DNA of 25,897 nucleotides from Bacteroidota bacterium (GTDB taxonomy: Bacteria; Bacteroidota; Bacteroidia; Chitinophagales; Chitinophagaceae). The notes beneath the pieces were generated by a model, which made no database searches, was not told where the DNA came from, and worked only from the letters and a program-made list of their open reading frames with translations. Positions 16,678 to 25,566 of the stretch are shown here, one piece after another. Position numbers and translations under genes: made by a program. The stretch spans positions 1 to 25,897 of the forward strand of contig JAGWPQ010000332.1 in NCBI GenBank assembly GCA_028877045.1, in the 5' to 3' direction. Position 1 is the stretch's first letter. Every line of letters starts with the position of its first letter.

Positions 16678-17709
16678 CTAATCTTCCCATACTTTTAAAC
16701 CTTCACTGCAATTGGCACAGATATCGATATTTTTTCTGCTCTGCATGATCTGCTGACGAAACTGTTTGTAATTATCATTCTTCCACACTTGTTTGAAAGA
16801 TTGCATTTTTAAATTTCCTAATTGATGAGTGGCATCTTTATCAAAACAGCAGGGTACTACTAAACCATCCCATGTTATTACATTGGCATGTGATAATTTC
16901 CAGCAATGATTATTGAGTCCGCTTTTTATTTTCAACTTGCCGTTCTTATCTTTTTTATAACGGCTGTATTTTTCGTTTGAAGGAATTAATTGGTTGGGAT
17001 CGTTTTCAAAATCATACACCTGCGCAGTTTTAAAACGTACCTGATCAACTCCGATAGTTTTACCTAATTTTTTTATTTCGTCGATCTGATGTTCATTGGG
17101 CTTAACAACCAGAAACTGAAAAAAAACAAAAGGGGTTTTACTTTTCAGTTCTTTTTTCCATTTCACAATATTCCGGGCACCTTCCAAAACCTTATCCAGA
17201 TTGCCTCCTACGCGATATTGCTGGTAAACATCCTGAGTGGTTCCGTCAATAGAAATTATTAATCGGTCTAAACCGCTTTCAACAGTTTGCCTTGCTTTTT
17301 CATCGGTTAAATAATGTGCGTTGGTCGATGTGGCTGTATAAATTCCTTTATCATGTGCATATTTTACCATCTCCAAAAAATCAATATTTAAAAATGGTTC
17401 GCCCTGAAAATAAAAAATGAGATAAGAAAGATCTTTATAAATTTCATCGATGGTTTGAAAGAAAAAATTTTTTTGCAGCATACCTGTTGGCCGGGTAAAT
17501 TCTCTCAGTCCGCTTGGGCATTCGGGGCAACGCAAATTGCAGGAAGTTGTTGGTTCGAAAGAAATAGAAATGGGGTAGCCCCATTGCACAGGTTTGCGGA
17601 TCAGTTTACCGATCTGATAACTGCTCATAACTTTCGCAGCATTCCATGCACGTTGCCATGTTATTTTTGAAATAAGATTGAGGCTGTCTTTAAGATTGAA
17701 ATAAAACAT
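16678..17709 (-). CDS. Radical SAM protein with C-terminal SPASM/Twitch-like domain
   Basis: CNLRCPEC radical SAM triad, FQGEPF, STN and ISIDG motifs, and C-terminal Cys set CWK...VPCCFD...CANC. Confidence 0.92.
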   Translation of the reverse strand: MFYFNLKDSLNLISKITWQRAWNAAKVMSSYQIGKLIRKPVQWGYPISISFEPTTSCNLRCPECPSGLREFTRPTGMLQKNFFFQTIDEIYKDLSYLIFYFQGEPFLNIDFLEMVKYAHDKGIYTATSTNAHYLTDEKARQTVESGLDRLIISIDGTTQDVYQQYRVGGNLDKVLEGARNIVKWKKELKSKTPFVFFQFLVVKPNEHQIDEIKKLGKTIGVDQVRFKTAQVYDFENDPNQLIPSNEKYSRYKKDKNGKLKIKSGLNNHCWKLSHANVITWDGLVVPCCFDKDATHQLGNLKMQSFKQVWKNDNYKQFRQQIMQSRKNIDICANCSEGLKVWED

Positions 17710-17863
17710 ACTTGTGTAAAAATAAGCTTCAGATCACAATTCGGCGAAAATCTGTATAAGCCCTTTATTTACTTGAAAAACCTGATGGATTGCATTTTTT
17801 TGGGAAGACATTGCTTCTATTTTTGCGATGATTTGAAAATCTTAGACAATAACGCAGAAAATT

Positions 17864-18586
17864 ATGGTAAGTAAAAATCTCATTCACGAAGGTTCCCCTG
17901 TTTGCCAAACCTGTGCACAGAAAAACTCTTCTGTATTTTGCAAGGCTAAGGTTGAATATCTGAGCGAAATAACAGGTCAGAAAGTTTCAAACACTTTTAA
18001 AAAAGGGCAAACAATTTTTAATGAAGGATCTTACCCGTTTGGTGTGTTTTGTATCAACAGCGGCAAAGTAAAACTTACACATTTAGGTGATGACGGTAAA
18101 GAACAGATCATTCGGTTATTAAAAGGAGGCGATATTATCGGATACAGAGCATTATTGAGCGGTGAAAGATATAGCGCCACTGCAGTAGCATTGGAAGACA
18201 CACATATTTGTTTTATACCAAAAGAATTGTTTATCCATATTTTGAAAAACGATGCTGCCCTTACTTTTGAAATGATGAAATTGCTGGCGGATGAGTTGCA
18301 TAAAACAGAATTGAAAATGACTCACCTTGCGCAAAAACCTGTTCGAGAAAGGTTGGCAGAAATCTTATTATTTATTGAAGAAACATACGGTTTTGAAGAA
18401 GATGGAATAACATTAAATGTACGTTTGTCGAGAGAAGAAATTGCCAATTTGGTTGGCACTGCAACCGAGTCAACCATTCGGCTATTATCGGAATTTAAAC
18501 GCGACAATATGGTTGAATTAGACGGTAAAAAAATAAAAATAATCAACCAGAAAAAATTAGCAAAGACCGCAAACCTGCAGGACTAA
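17864..18586 (+). CDS. Crp/Fnr family regulator, FNR-like (4-Cys Fe-S ligand pattern)
   Basis: C14-x2-C17-x8-C26 plus C116, a cNMP-like barrel and the HTH SREEIANLVGTATESTIR. It lies upstream of the cbb3 locus. Confidence 0.92.
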   Translation: MVSKNLIHEGSPVCQTCAQKNSSVFCKAKVEYLSEITGQKVSNTFKKGQTIFNEGSYPFGVFCINSGKVKLTHLGDDGKEQIIRLLKGGDIIGYRALLSGERYSATAVALEDTHICFIPKELFIHILKNDAALTFEMMKLLADELHKTELKMTHLAQKPVRERLAEILLFIEETYGFEEDGITLNVRLSREEIANLVGTATESTIRLLSEFKRDNMVELDGKKIKIINQKKLAKTANLQD

Positions 18587-18620
18587 TAATACTCATTATT
18601 ATTTTGATGAATGTATAAAC

Positions 18621-18685
18621 ATGACAAAAATCATGGCTGTGTTTGAATTACATCATTGATATTCTTGCTTACCAAAATTAATTTG
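18621..18685 (+). promoter_or_regulatory. Tandem FNR-like boxes and near-consensus -7 upstream of the RIC-like/ccoI genes
   Basis: ATGAC-AAAA-ATCAT (18621-34), TTGAA-TTAC-ATCAT (18643-56) and TTAATTTG (18678-85). Confidence 0.6.
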
Positions 18686-18696
18686 CATAAACAAAA

Positions 18697-19266
18697 ATGC
18701 AACCTATGTTTTTGAACAGATTAGATATTGGCTCAGAAGCGATACTGTCACCGACAGGGCTTTGTGATTTAATTCAAAAAGATTATCAACCCGAAATCAT
18801 ATCTTCCTGCAAACTCATTGAACAATATTTTTCTGCTCATGCTTACATCAACGAGTTGCCCTCATCTGTTTCAGAAGTTGTTCAATTATTATTCAGAAAA
18901 TTGGATGATGAGATAAAACATTTGTTTTTAAAAGAATCGGGCATTGTATTTCCATACATCAAAAAAAATTATCACAATACTAAAAAATCAACCGAAAATA
19001 AAGTTGATCCAAAAGTATTCGATTCGGTACAGCACACACACCAAACCATTATCGGGCTTATTCAAAATATCCGCAAGCTGTTAAATAATTATGTGGTAAA
19101 ACCTGCATCAAGTAAGGAATGGAAAGAATGTGTGGGCGAAATGTTTACCCTGGAGAACCATATTTTTCAATGGATCCATATCGAACAAAGTCTATTATAT
19201 CCTAAAGTGACCAATTTTAAAATCACGGATCTTCGAAAGCATAATCACAAACAAACACTTAATTAA
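18697..19266 (+). CDS. Hemerythrin-like/RIC (YtfE/ScdA) C-terminal-domain homolog with degenerate metal ligands
   Basis: KESGIVFPYI, NY...W and IHIEQSLLYPK align to RIC motifs KEE.ILFP.I, NYT.P..AC..W and HIHLENN.LFP. Confidence 0.7.
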   Translation: MQPMFLNRLDIGSEAILSPTGLCDLIQKDYQPEIISSCKLIEQYFSAHAYINELPSSVSEVVQLLFRKLDDEIKHLFLKESGIVFPYIKKNYHNTKKSTENKVDPKVFDSVQHTHQTIIGLIQNIRKLLNNYVVKPASSKEWKECVGEMFTLENHIFQWIHIEQSLLYPKVTNFKITDLRKHNHKQTLN

Positions 19267-19274
19267 TTACAAGA

Positions 19275-21674
19275 ATGAGCAGAAAAGAGAACGCAGTTTC
19301 TGTGCAATGTTATCATTGCGGCGAAGATTGTAGTGATAAATCTATACATGCACACGAAAAAGAATTTTGTTGCGAAGGATGCAAAATGGTGTACGAGATC
19401 TTGAATCAAAATGGTTTGTGCGATTATTATTCGATCAGCAAAAATCCGGGCATCAATCAGCGGATTAAAATAAGAGAAAATAAATTTTCTTTTCTGGATG
19501 ATGAAAATATTCAACAATCGCTTATCGTTTTTAAAGACGATAATCAAACTCATATCTCTTTTTATTTGCCTCAAATGCACTGCAGCAGTTGCTTGTGGCT
19601 GTTAGAGAACTTGCATCAGTTAAACGAGAATGTCATTAGCTGTAAGGTAAATTTCACAAGAAAAGAAGCCGATATTATTTTTAATCACCGCAGTGTATCG
19701 ATGCGCCAGATTGCCGAAATGTTAACTGCAATTGGATACGAACCTTATATCAGTTTAAGCGATGCTAAAAAAGCAAAGCCGAAATTAAACAGATCGAAAA
19801 TTTATAAATTAGGTATTGCAGGTTTTTGTTTTGCAAACATCATGTTACTGAGTTTCCCCGAATATCTGGGCATAGATGCAAAAGAGCAAAACCTGATAGA
19901 TGTTTTTCGTTACCTAAGTTTGATTTTAAGTCTGCCTGTTTTCTTTTATTCCTCTTCCGAATTTTATATCAGCGCATGGAAAAGTTTAAAACATGGGTTC
20001 TTAAATATTGATGCGCCCATTGTTTTAGCCGTGATGGTTACTTTTGGAAGAAGTGTCTATCAGGTTTTAACTGCGACCGGTAGTGGCTATTTCGACAGCA
20101 TGAGCGGTATTGTTTTTTTTATGTTGATAGGAAGAGTATTGCAGGACAAAACATACGAACAGCTTAGCTTTGAGCGGGATTATACTTCTTATTTTCCGAT
20201 AGCAGTTACCAGGGTAAAAGATGAAAAAGAAGAAACTGCTGCACTGCCCGATATAAAACTAAACGATACTTTATTGATACATAATCAGGAATTGATTCCT
20301 GCCGATGGCATCTTGACCCGCGGCAAAGCAGTTATTGATTACAGTTTTGTTACCGGCGAAAGTTTACCTGTTGAAAAAGAAATGGGCGAAATTGTTTACG
20401 CCGGCGGAAAACAGATCGGAAGCAACATAGAAATATTAGTAGTGAAAGAAGTGGCACAAAGTTATCTCACCAAACTTTGGAACAGGGAAGAGATCAAACA
20501 AAATATAAAAGATGAAGAACGTTCATTCGTTCATTTGCTTGCAAAATATTTTACATGGATCGTATTATTTCTTTCCATCACATCAGCGACATATTGGTAT
20601 TTCCACGATATACATAAAATGTGGGGAGCGGCCACTGCCGTGCTGATCGTTGCCTGCCCCTGCGCATTATTGTTAAGCAATACTTTCACCAACGGAAATA
20701 TCTTACGCATCCTGGGCCGCAAACATTTATACCTGCGCAATGCGCAAACCATCGAAGATATCGCCAACATAAATTATATCGTTTTCGATAAAACAGGAAC
20801 ATTGACCACGGGCCGCTACAACGAAATTAATTATGATGGAATGCCGTTGAATAAAGATCTGAAAAGAAAGATAGCAGCATTGACATCACAATCTACTCAT
20901 CCCATGAGTAAAGCAATCGCTGCATGGACAAACGAAAGCAGCCGTATTAAAGTTGTTGCATTCGAAGAATTCGCAGGCAAAGGAATTGAAGGTATTGTGG
21001 ATGGCGAATTAATTACACTCGGATCAAAAAGTTATGTTACCGGCGGGCATGCTGAAAGAGATGTTGAATCATCTGTGTATATTTCTGTTGAAGGAACAGT
21101 GCTGGGAAAATTTAGTTTCCGTAATCAGTATCGTGCACATATTCCGGCACTTATAAAAACATTGCAAAAAAACTATCAGTTGGCTGTATTGAGCGGGGAT
21201 AATGCCGGAGAGAAAGATTTTTTACAGGAATTATTAGGATTTGATGCACATATTTTATTTCATCAAAAACCGGAAGATAAATTGGATGCCATTAAAACCT
21301 TGCAGCAGAAAGGAAAGAAAGTAATGATGATTGGCGATGGGTTAAATGATGCCGGTGCATTAAAGCAGGCCGATGTTGGCATAGCTGTAACCGAAAACAG
21401 CAACAATTTTACACCGGCAAGCGATGCTATTTTGGAAGCAAAAGAATTACCGCAGCTTTTTAAATTTATACAATTGTGTAAAGACAATAAAAAGGTCGTG
21501 ATGTCGGCATTTATTGTTTCCATTGTTTATAATATAATTGGAAATTATTATGCAGTGCAGGGAATGCTGTCGCCAATGCATGCTGCGATATTGATGCCAT
21601 GCAGTACCATCAGCATTTTGCTGATAACATTTGGTTTCAGTAACCTTTCTGCATGGAGAATGAAACTGAAATAA
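19275..21674 (+). CDS. ccoI: Heavy-metal P1B ATPase for cbb3 oxidase assembly (CcoI/FixI)
   Basis: N-terminal CYHC...FCCEGC, HMA MHCSSC, TGES, CPC, DKTGT, HP and GDGLND motifs. It is adjacent to ccoS/ccoNO. Confidence 0.93.
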   Translation: MSRKENAVSVQCYHCGEDCSDKSIHAHEKEFCCEGCKMVYEILNQNGLCDYYSISKNPGINQRIKIRENKFSFLDDENIQQSLIVFKDDNQTHISFYLPQMHCSSCLWLLENLHQLNENVISCKVNFTRKEADIIFNHRSVSMRQIAEMLTAIGYEPYISLSDAKKAKPKLNRSKIYKLGIAGFCFANIMLLSFPEYLGIDAKEQNLIDVFRYLSLILSLPVFFYSSSEFYISAWKSLKHGFLNIDAPIVLAVMVTFGRSVYQVLTATGSGYFDSMSGIVFFMLIGRVLQDKTYEQLSFERDYTSYFPIAVTRVKDEKEETAALPDIKLNDTLLIHNQELIPADGILTRGKAVIDYSFVTGESLPVEKEMGEIVYAGGKQIGSNIEILVVKEVAQSYLTKLWNREEIKQNIKDEERSFVHLLAKYFTWIVLFLSITSATYWYFHDIHKMWGAATAVLIVACPCALLLSNTFTNGNILRILGRKHLYLRNAQTIEDIANINYIVFDKTGTLTTGRYNEINYDGMPLNKDLKRKIAALTSQSTHPMSKAIAAWTNESSRIKVVAFEEFAGKGIEGIVDGELITLGSKSYVTGGHAERDVESSVYISVEGTVLGKFSFRNQYRAHIPALIKTLQKNYQLAVLSGDNAGEKDFLQELLGFDAHILFHQKPEDKLDAIKTLQQKGKKVMMIGDGLNDAGALKQADVGIAVTENSNNFTPASDAILEAKELPQLFKFIQLCKDNKKVVMSAFIVSIVYNIIGNYYAVQGMLSPMHAAILMPCSTISILLITFGFSNLSAWRMKLK

Positions 21675-21737
21675 TTACCATTTGTTTTTGAAGACTTTTA
21701 CGACCGGGAAGTTGAAATCGAAAACATTTTTTAAAAC

Positions 21738-21803
21738 ATGACTTTTGTCATTTTTTAAATTGAGTTATATCATTGACTTTGGGAACTTGGAAAAATACTT
21801 TTG
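21738..21803 (+). promoter_or_regulatory. ccoS-ccoNO promoter: tandem FNR-like boxes plus TACTTTTG -7 element
   Basis: ATGAC-TTTT-GTCAT (21738-51), TTGAG-TTAT-ATCAT (21760-73), 22 nt, TACTTTTG (21796-803). Confidence 0.68.
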
Positions 21804-21825
21804 AACAGTAGATAATAAAAAACTC

Positions 21826-21987
21826 ATGAGTGTAATAGTCCTTCTATTAATAGCGAGCATTATTGTAGCTTCTTTATTTCTCGCAGCCTTCATCTGGAGC
21901 GTTAAAAACGGTCAGTTCGATGATGAGGCAAGTGCTCCGTTGAGAATGTTATTTGATGATAAACCCTTAAACAAAGAAGAAAAATAA
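21826..21987 (+). CDS. ccoS: cbb3-type oxidase assembly protein CcoS, 53 aa (not in ORF track)
   Basis: Hand translation gives MSVIVLLLIASIIVASLFLAAFIWSVKNGQFDDEASAPLRMLFDD..., which carries the FIWSVKxGQFDD signature. Confidence 0.93.
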   Translation: MSVIVLLLIASIIVASLFLAAFIWSVKNGQFDDEASAPLRMLFDDKPLNKEEK

Positions 21988-22027
21988 TATTAATTATAAT
22001 CAACAACCAACCACAAACTAAACAAGT

Positions 22028-24160
22028 ATGCAAGTAGAAAAATTTTATTACGATAACAGGATTGTAAAGATGTTTGCTTATGCAACCATGTTATGGGGTA
22101 TCGTAGGAATGTTGGCAGGTTTATTAATAGCCATGCAGATTTATTTGCCGGCTGCTAATTTTGATCTGCCGTTTACAACTTTCGGGCGTGTACGTCCGCT
22201 TCACACCAATGCTGTGATTTTTGCTTTTGTCGGCAATGGAATTTTCATGGGTGTTTATTATTCGCTGCAACGTTTATGCAAGGCACGTATGTTCAGCGAT
22301 GTTTTAGGTAAAATCCATTTTTGGGGTTGGCAATTAATTATTGTCGCTGCTGCAGTTACTTTATTAGCCGGATATACCAGCGGTAAAGAATATGCCGAAT
22401 TGGAATGGCCAATAGATATTGTAATTACTATAGTATGGGTTGTTTTTGGTATCAACATGTTTGGTACTATTATTAAAAGAAGAGAAAGTCATTTATATGT
22501 TGCTATCTGGTTTTTTATTGCAACATGGGTAACGGTTGCAATGCTGCACATTGTTAACTCATTCGAAATCCCATTCTCATGGATGAAGAGTTACAGTTTT
22601 TATGCCGGTGTTCAGGATGCTTTGGTACAATGGTGGTATGGCCATAATGCTGTTGCGTTCTTTTTAACTACACCATATTTAGGATTGATGTATTATTTTA
22701 TTCCAAAAGTTTCAAATCGTCCGGTATATAGTTATCGCTTATCGATTGTTCACTTTTGGGCATTGATATTTATTTATATCTGGGCCGGCCCTCACCATTT
22801 ATTATATACTGCTTTACCCGATTGGGCTCAAAGTTTAGGAACTGTTTTCAGCATCATGCTGATCGCACCAAGCTGGGGCGGTATGCTGAACGGATTATTC
22901 ACTTTGCGCGGTGCTTGGGATAAAGTAAGAGAAGAACCTGTGTTGAAATTTATGGTGGTAGCCGTTACCTGTTATGGTATGAGCACATTTGAAGGACCGA
23001 TGCTGAGTTTAAAAAGTGTAAATGCAATTTCGCATTTTACCGATTGGACCATTGCCCACGTTCACGTTGGTGCTTTGGGATGGAATGGCTTCTTAACATT
23101 CGGTATGTTGTATTGGTTGATCCCAAAAATGTTCAACACACCTTTGTATTCTAAAAAATTAGCAACAAACCATTTCTGGATCGGAACAATAGGAATTATT
23201 CTATATGTGATCCCGCTGTATTGGGCCGGATTTACTCAGGCAACTATGTGGAAACAATTTACTGAAGACGGTACTTTGAAATTTCAGTTCCTCGAAACTG
23301 TTACACACATCATCCCGATGTATATCACCCGAAGTGTTGGTGGTGGCATTTATCTGGTTGGTGCTTTATTAATGATCTATAATTTGATTAAAACAATTAA
23401 AGCAGGATCATTTGTTGCCGATGAAGCTGCAGAAGCTGCACCATTACCAAAAGTTATTGCAACACACGGAAAGCAATACTGGCATCGTTGGATCGAAGCA
23501 AGACCCATTCAAATGCTGATCTTAAGTTTAGTATTAGTTGCCATTGGCGGTGCTATTGAAATGCTTCCAACATTTTTAATTAAAAGTAACATTCCAACCA
23601 TCTCTTCAGTAAAACCTTACACGCCACTTGAACTGCAGGGAAGAGATATTTATGTTCGTGAAGGATGTTATTTATGTCATTCACAAATGGTTCGTCCTTT
23701 CCGCGATGAAGTGGCACGTTACGGCGAATACAGTAAAGCCGGCGAATTTATTTACGATCATCCGTTCCAATGGGGAAGTAAGAGAACCGGTCCCGATTTA
23801 GCACGCATTGGCGGTAAATATCCCGATAGCTGGCATTACAATCATATGTGGGATCCTCGTTCTATGAGCCCGGGTTCTATCATGCCAAATTATACATGGT
23901 TATTTGATAATAAAATTGATACGGCTATCACTCCTGCAAAGATCAGAGCGATGCAAACATTGGGTGTGCCTTATCCTGATGGATATGATAAAAAAGCCAA
24001 TGCTGATTTAATGGAACAGGCAAAAGCAATAAAAGAAAATTTGAAAAAGGATAAAATAGATGCACCTGCCGACAGAGAGATCGTTGCTTTGATCGCTTAT
24101 CTGCAAAGAGTTGGAACCGATATCAAGGGACAACAAAAAGCAGCATCGGCATTTAAATAA
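22028..24160 (+). CDS. ccoN: cbb3-type cytochrome c oxidase fused subunits I/II (CcoNO)
   Basis: CcoN motifs RVRPLHTNAVIF, QWWYGHN, WAGPHHLLY and HVHVGALGW, followed by the CcoO heme motif CYLCHSQMVRP and WGSKRTGPDL. Confidence 0.97.
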   Translation: MQVEKFYYDNRIVKMFAYATMLWGIVGMLAGLLIAMQIYLPAANFDLPFTTFGRVRPLHTNAVIFAFVGNGIFMGVYYSLQRLCKARMFSDVLGKIHFWGWQLIIVAAAVTLLAGYTSGKEYAELEWPIDIVITIVWVVFGINMFGTIIKRRESHLYVAIWFFIATWVTVAMLHIVNSFEIPFSWMKSYSFYAGVQDALVQWWYGHNAVAFFLTTPYLGLMYYFIPKVSNRPVYSYRLSIVHFWALIFIYIWAGPHHLLYTALPDWAQSLGTVFSIMLIAPSWGGMLNGLFTLRGAWDKVREEPVLKFMVVAVTCYGMSTFEGPMLSLKSVNAISHFTDWTIAHVHVGALGWNGFLTFGMLYWLIPKMFNTPLYSKKLATNHFWIGTIGIILYVIPLYWAGFTQATMWKQFTEDGTLKFQFLETVTHIIPMYITRSVGGGIYLVGALLMIYNLIKTIKAGSFVADEAAEAAPLPKVIATHGKQYWHRWIEARPIQMLILSLVLVAIGGAIEMLPTFLIKSNIPTISSVKPYTPLELQGRDIYVREGCYLCHSQMVRPFRDEVARYGEYSKAGEFIYDHPFQWGSKRTGPDLARIGGKYPDSWHYNHMWDPRSMSPGSIMPNYTWLFDNKIDTAITPAKIRAMQTLGVPYPDGYDKKANADLMEQAKAIKENLKKDKIDAPADREIVALIAYLQRVGTDIKGQQKAASAFK

Positions 24161-24189
24161 ATGAAATCAGATTTTTAAAATCATTAATT

Positions 24190-24351
24190 ATGAAATTCAT
24201 TCATTATTTAGAAAAGATCACCGGTGTAGATATTTATGCACTTACTTCTTTAACTATTTTCTTATCGTTCTTTATCATCATGCTGCTTTGGGCATGGAAA
24301 GCTGATAAGAATATGATCAACGAAATAAGTCAAATACCATTAGATAATTAA
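24190..24351 (+). CDS. ccoQ: cbb3-type oxidase subunit CcoQ, 53 aa (not in ORF track)
   Basis: Hand translation gives MKFIHYLEKITGVDIYALTSLTIFLSFFIIMLLWAWKADKNMINEISQIPLDN: a single TM helix and a terminal IPLD, located between ccoNO and ccoP. Confidence 0.88.
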   Translation: MKFIHYLEKITGVDIYALTSLTIFLSFFIIMLLWAWKADKNMINEISQIPLDN

Positions 24352-24377
24352 GCACAAACTCATAAAATCATTCAGCA

Positions 24378-25532
24378 ATGAAAAAAATTTTAAAAAAATA
24401 TAGTTGGTTAAAATTGAAAGTAATTATTATAGCAACTTTACTTTTTCCATCGGTTGTTTTTGCTGCGGGCCCACCGGCAGCATCCGAACTTTCTAATCCT
24501 TTGGCAATTGCATTATTAATTGTAATTGTAGGATTGTTATTGGTGATAGCATTGCTTGCCAATATTATTATCGGCGCTGCCAAATTAAATCTGCAAAGAT
24601 TTATTGACGAAAAGAAAAAAAGTAATGCAGGAAAAATTGCAAGCATTATTTTATTATGCTTTTTAACAACTGCCGCATTTGCTGCTGATGCACCGGCCAT
24701 AACGGCAGCTGCAGACACATCAATAGCAGGGTTATCACAAATATCTTTTTATACTTTATTAAGTGTGATCTTTTTAGAGCTTATTATTTTGGTTGTTCTT
24801 TTACTCAACTTAAAAAAATTGTTGAAACAAGAAAGGATTGCTGTTCAAACTGCTGATGCTGCAGTAGCAACAACAACTTCATTCTCGAATTGGTGGAATA
24901 AAATAAATAAACTACGCCCTATCAAAGAAGAATCTCAAATCGATCTGGGGCATGATTACGATGGTATCCGTGAATTAGATAATCGCTTACCACCATGGTG
25001 GTTATATGGATTTTATGTTTGTATTCTTTTCGCAGCCATTTATTTATACCGTTATCATGTTGTACATTCTGCACCATTAAGCGGTGAAGAATTAAAAATT
25101 GAAATGGCAAAAGCTGATGCCGAGAAACAGGCATACTTAAAAAAGTCGGCAAATAATATTGATGAGACCACAGCAAAATTATTAACCGATCCAAAAGATC
25201 TGGATGCGGCTAAAAAAATATTCTCTACTATTTGTGCTGCATGTCACAGACCCGATGGTGGTGGTGTAGTTGGTCCAAATTTAACCGACGATTATTGGAT
25301 CCATGGTGGAAATATTAAAGACATTTTCAAGACAATCAAATATGGTTATCCTGATAAGGGAATGAAAAGCTGGAAAGATGATTATACTCCTTTGCAAATA
25401 GAACAATTGGCAAGCTATGTAAAATCGTTGCGTGGAACCAATCCTCCAAATCCAAAAGAACCACAGGGAACTTTATATAAAGAAGATGGGGCACCGGCTG
25501 ATGCAGCAAAAACAGATTCAACAAAAAAATAA
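24378..25532 (+). CDS. ccoP: cbb3-type oxidase subunit III (CcoP), single CxxCH, long hydrophobic N-terminal extension
   Basis: GHDYDGIRELDNRLPPWW CcoP_N motif, CAACH, GPNLTDDYWIHGG and GMKSW. Confidence 0.93.
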   Translation: MKKILKKYSWLKLKVIIIATLLFPSVVFAAGPPAASELSNPLAIALLIVIVGLLLVIALLANIIIGAAKLNLQRFIDEKKKSNAGKIASIILLCFLTTAAFAADAPAITAAADTSIAGLSQISFYTLLSVIFLELIILVVLLLNLKKLLKQERIAVQTADAAVATTTSFSNWWNKINKLRPIKEESQIDLGHDYDGIRELDNRLPPWWLYGFYVCILFAAIYLYRYHVVHSAPLSGEELKIEMAKADAEKQAYLKKSANNIDETTAKLLTDPKDLDAAKKIFSTICAACHRPDGGGVVGPNLTDDYWIHGGNIKDIFKTIKYGYPDKGMKSWKDDYTPLQIEQLASYVKSLRGTNPPNPKEPQGTLYKEDGAPADAAKTDSTKK

Positions 25533-25566
25533 ATGCCGATAAAGAACAGATTGGCGTACGAATAAG

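Noticed and set aside
22028-24160. CcoN-CcoO fusion as a novelty
   Set aside because: Fused ccoNO is the usual arrangement in Bacteroidota.
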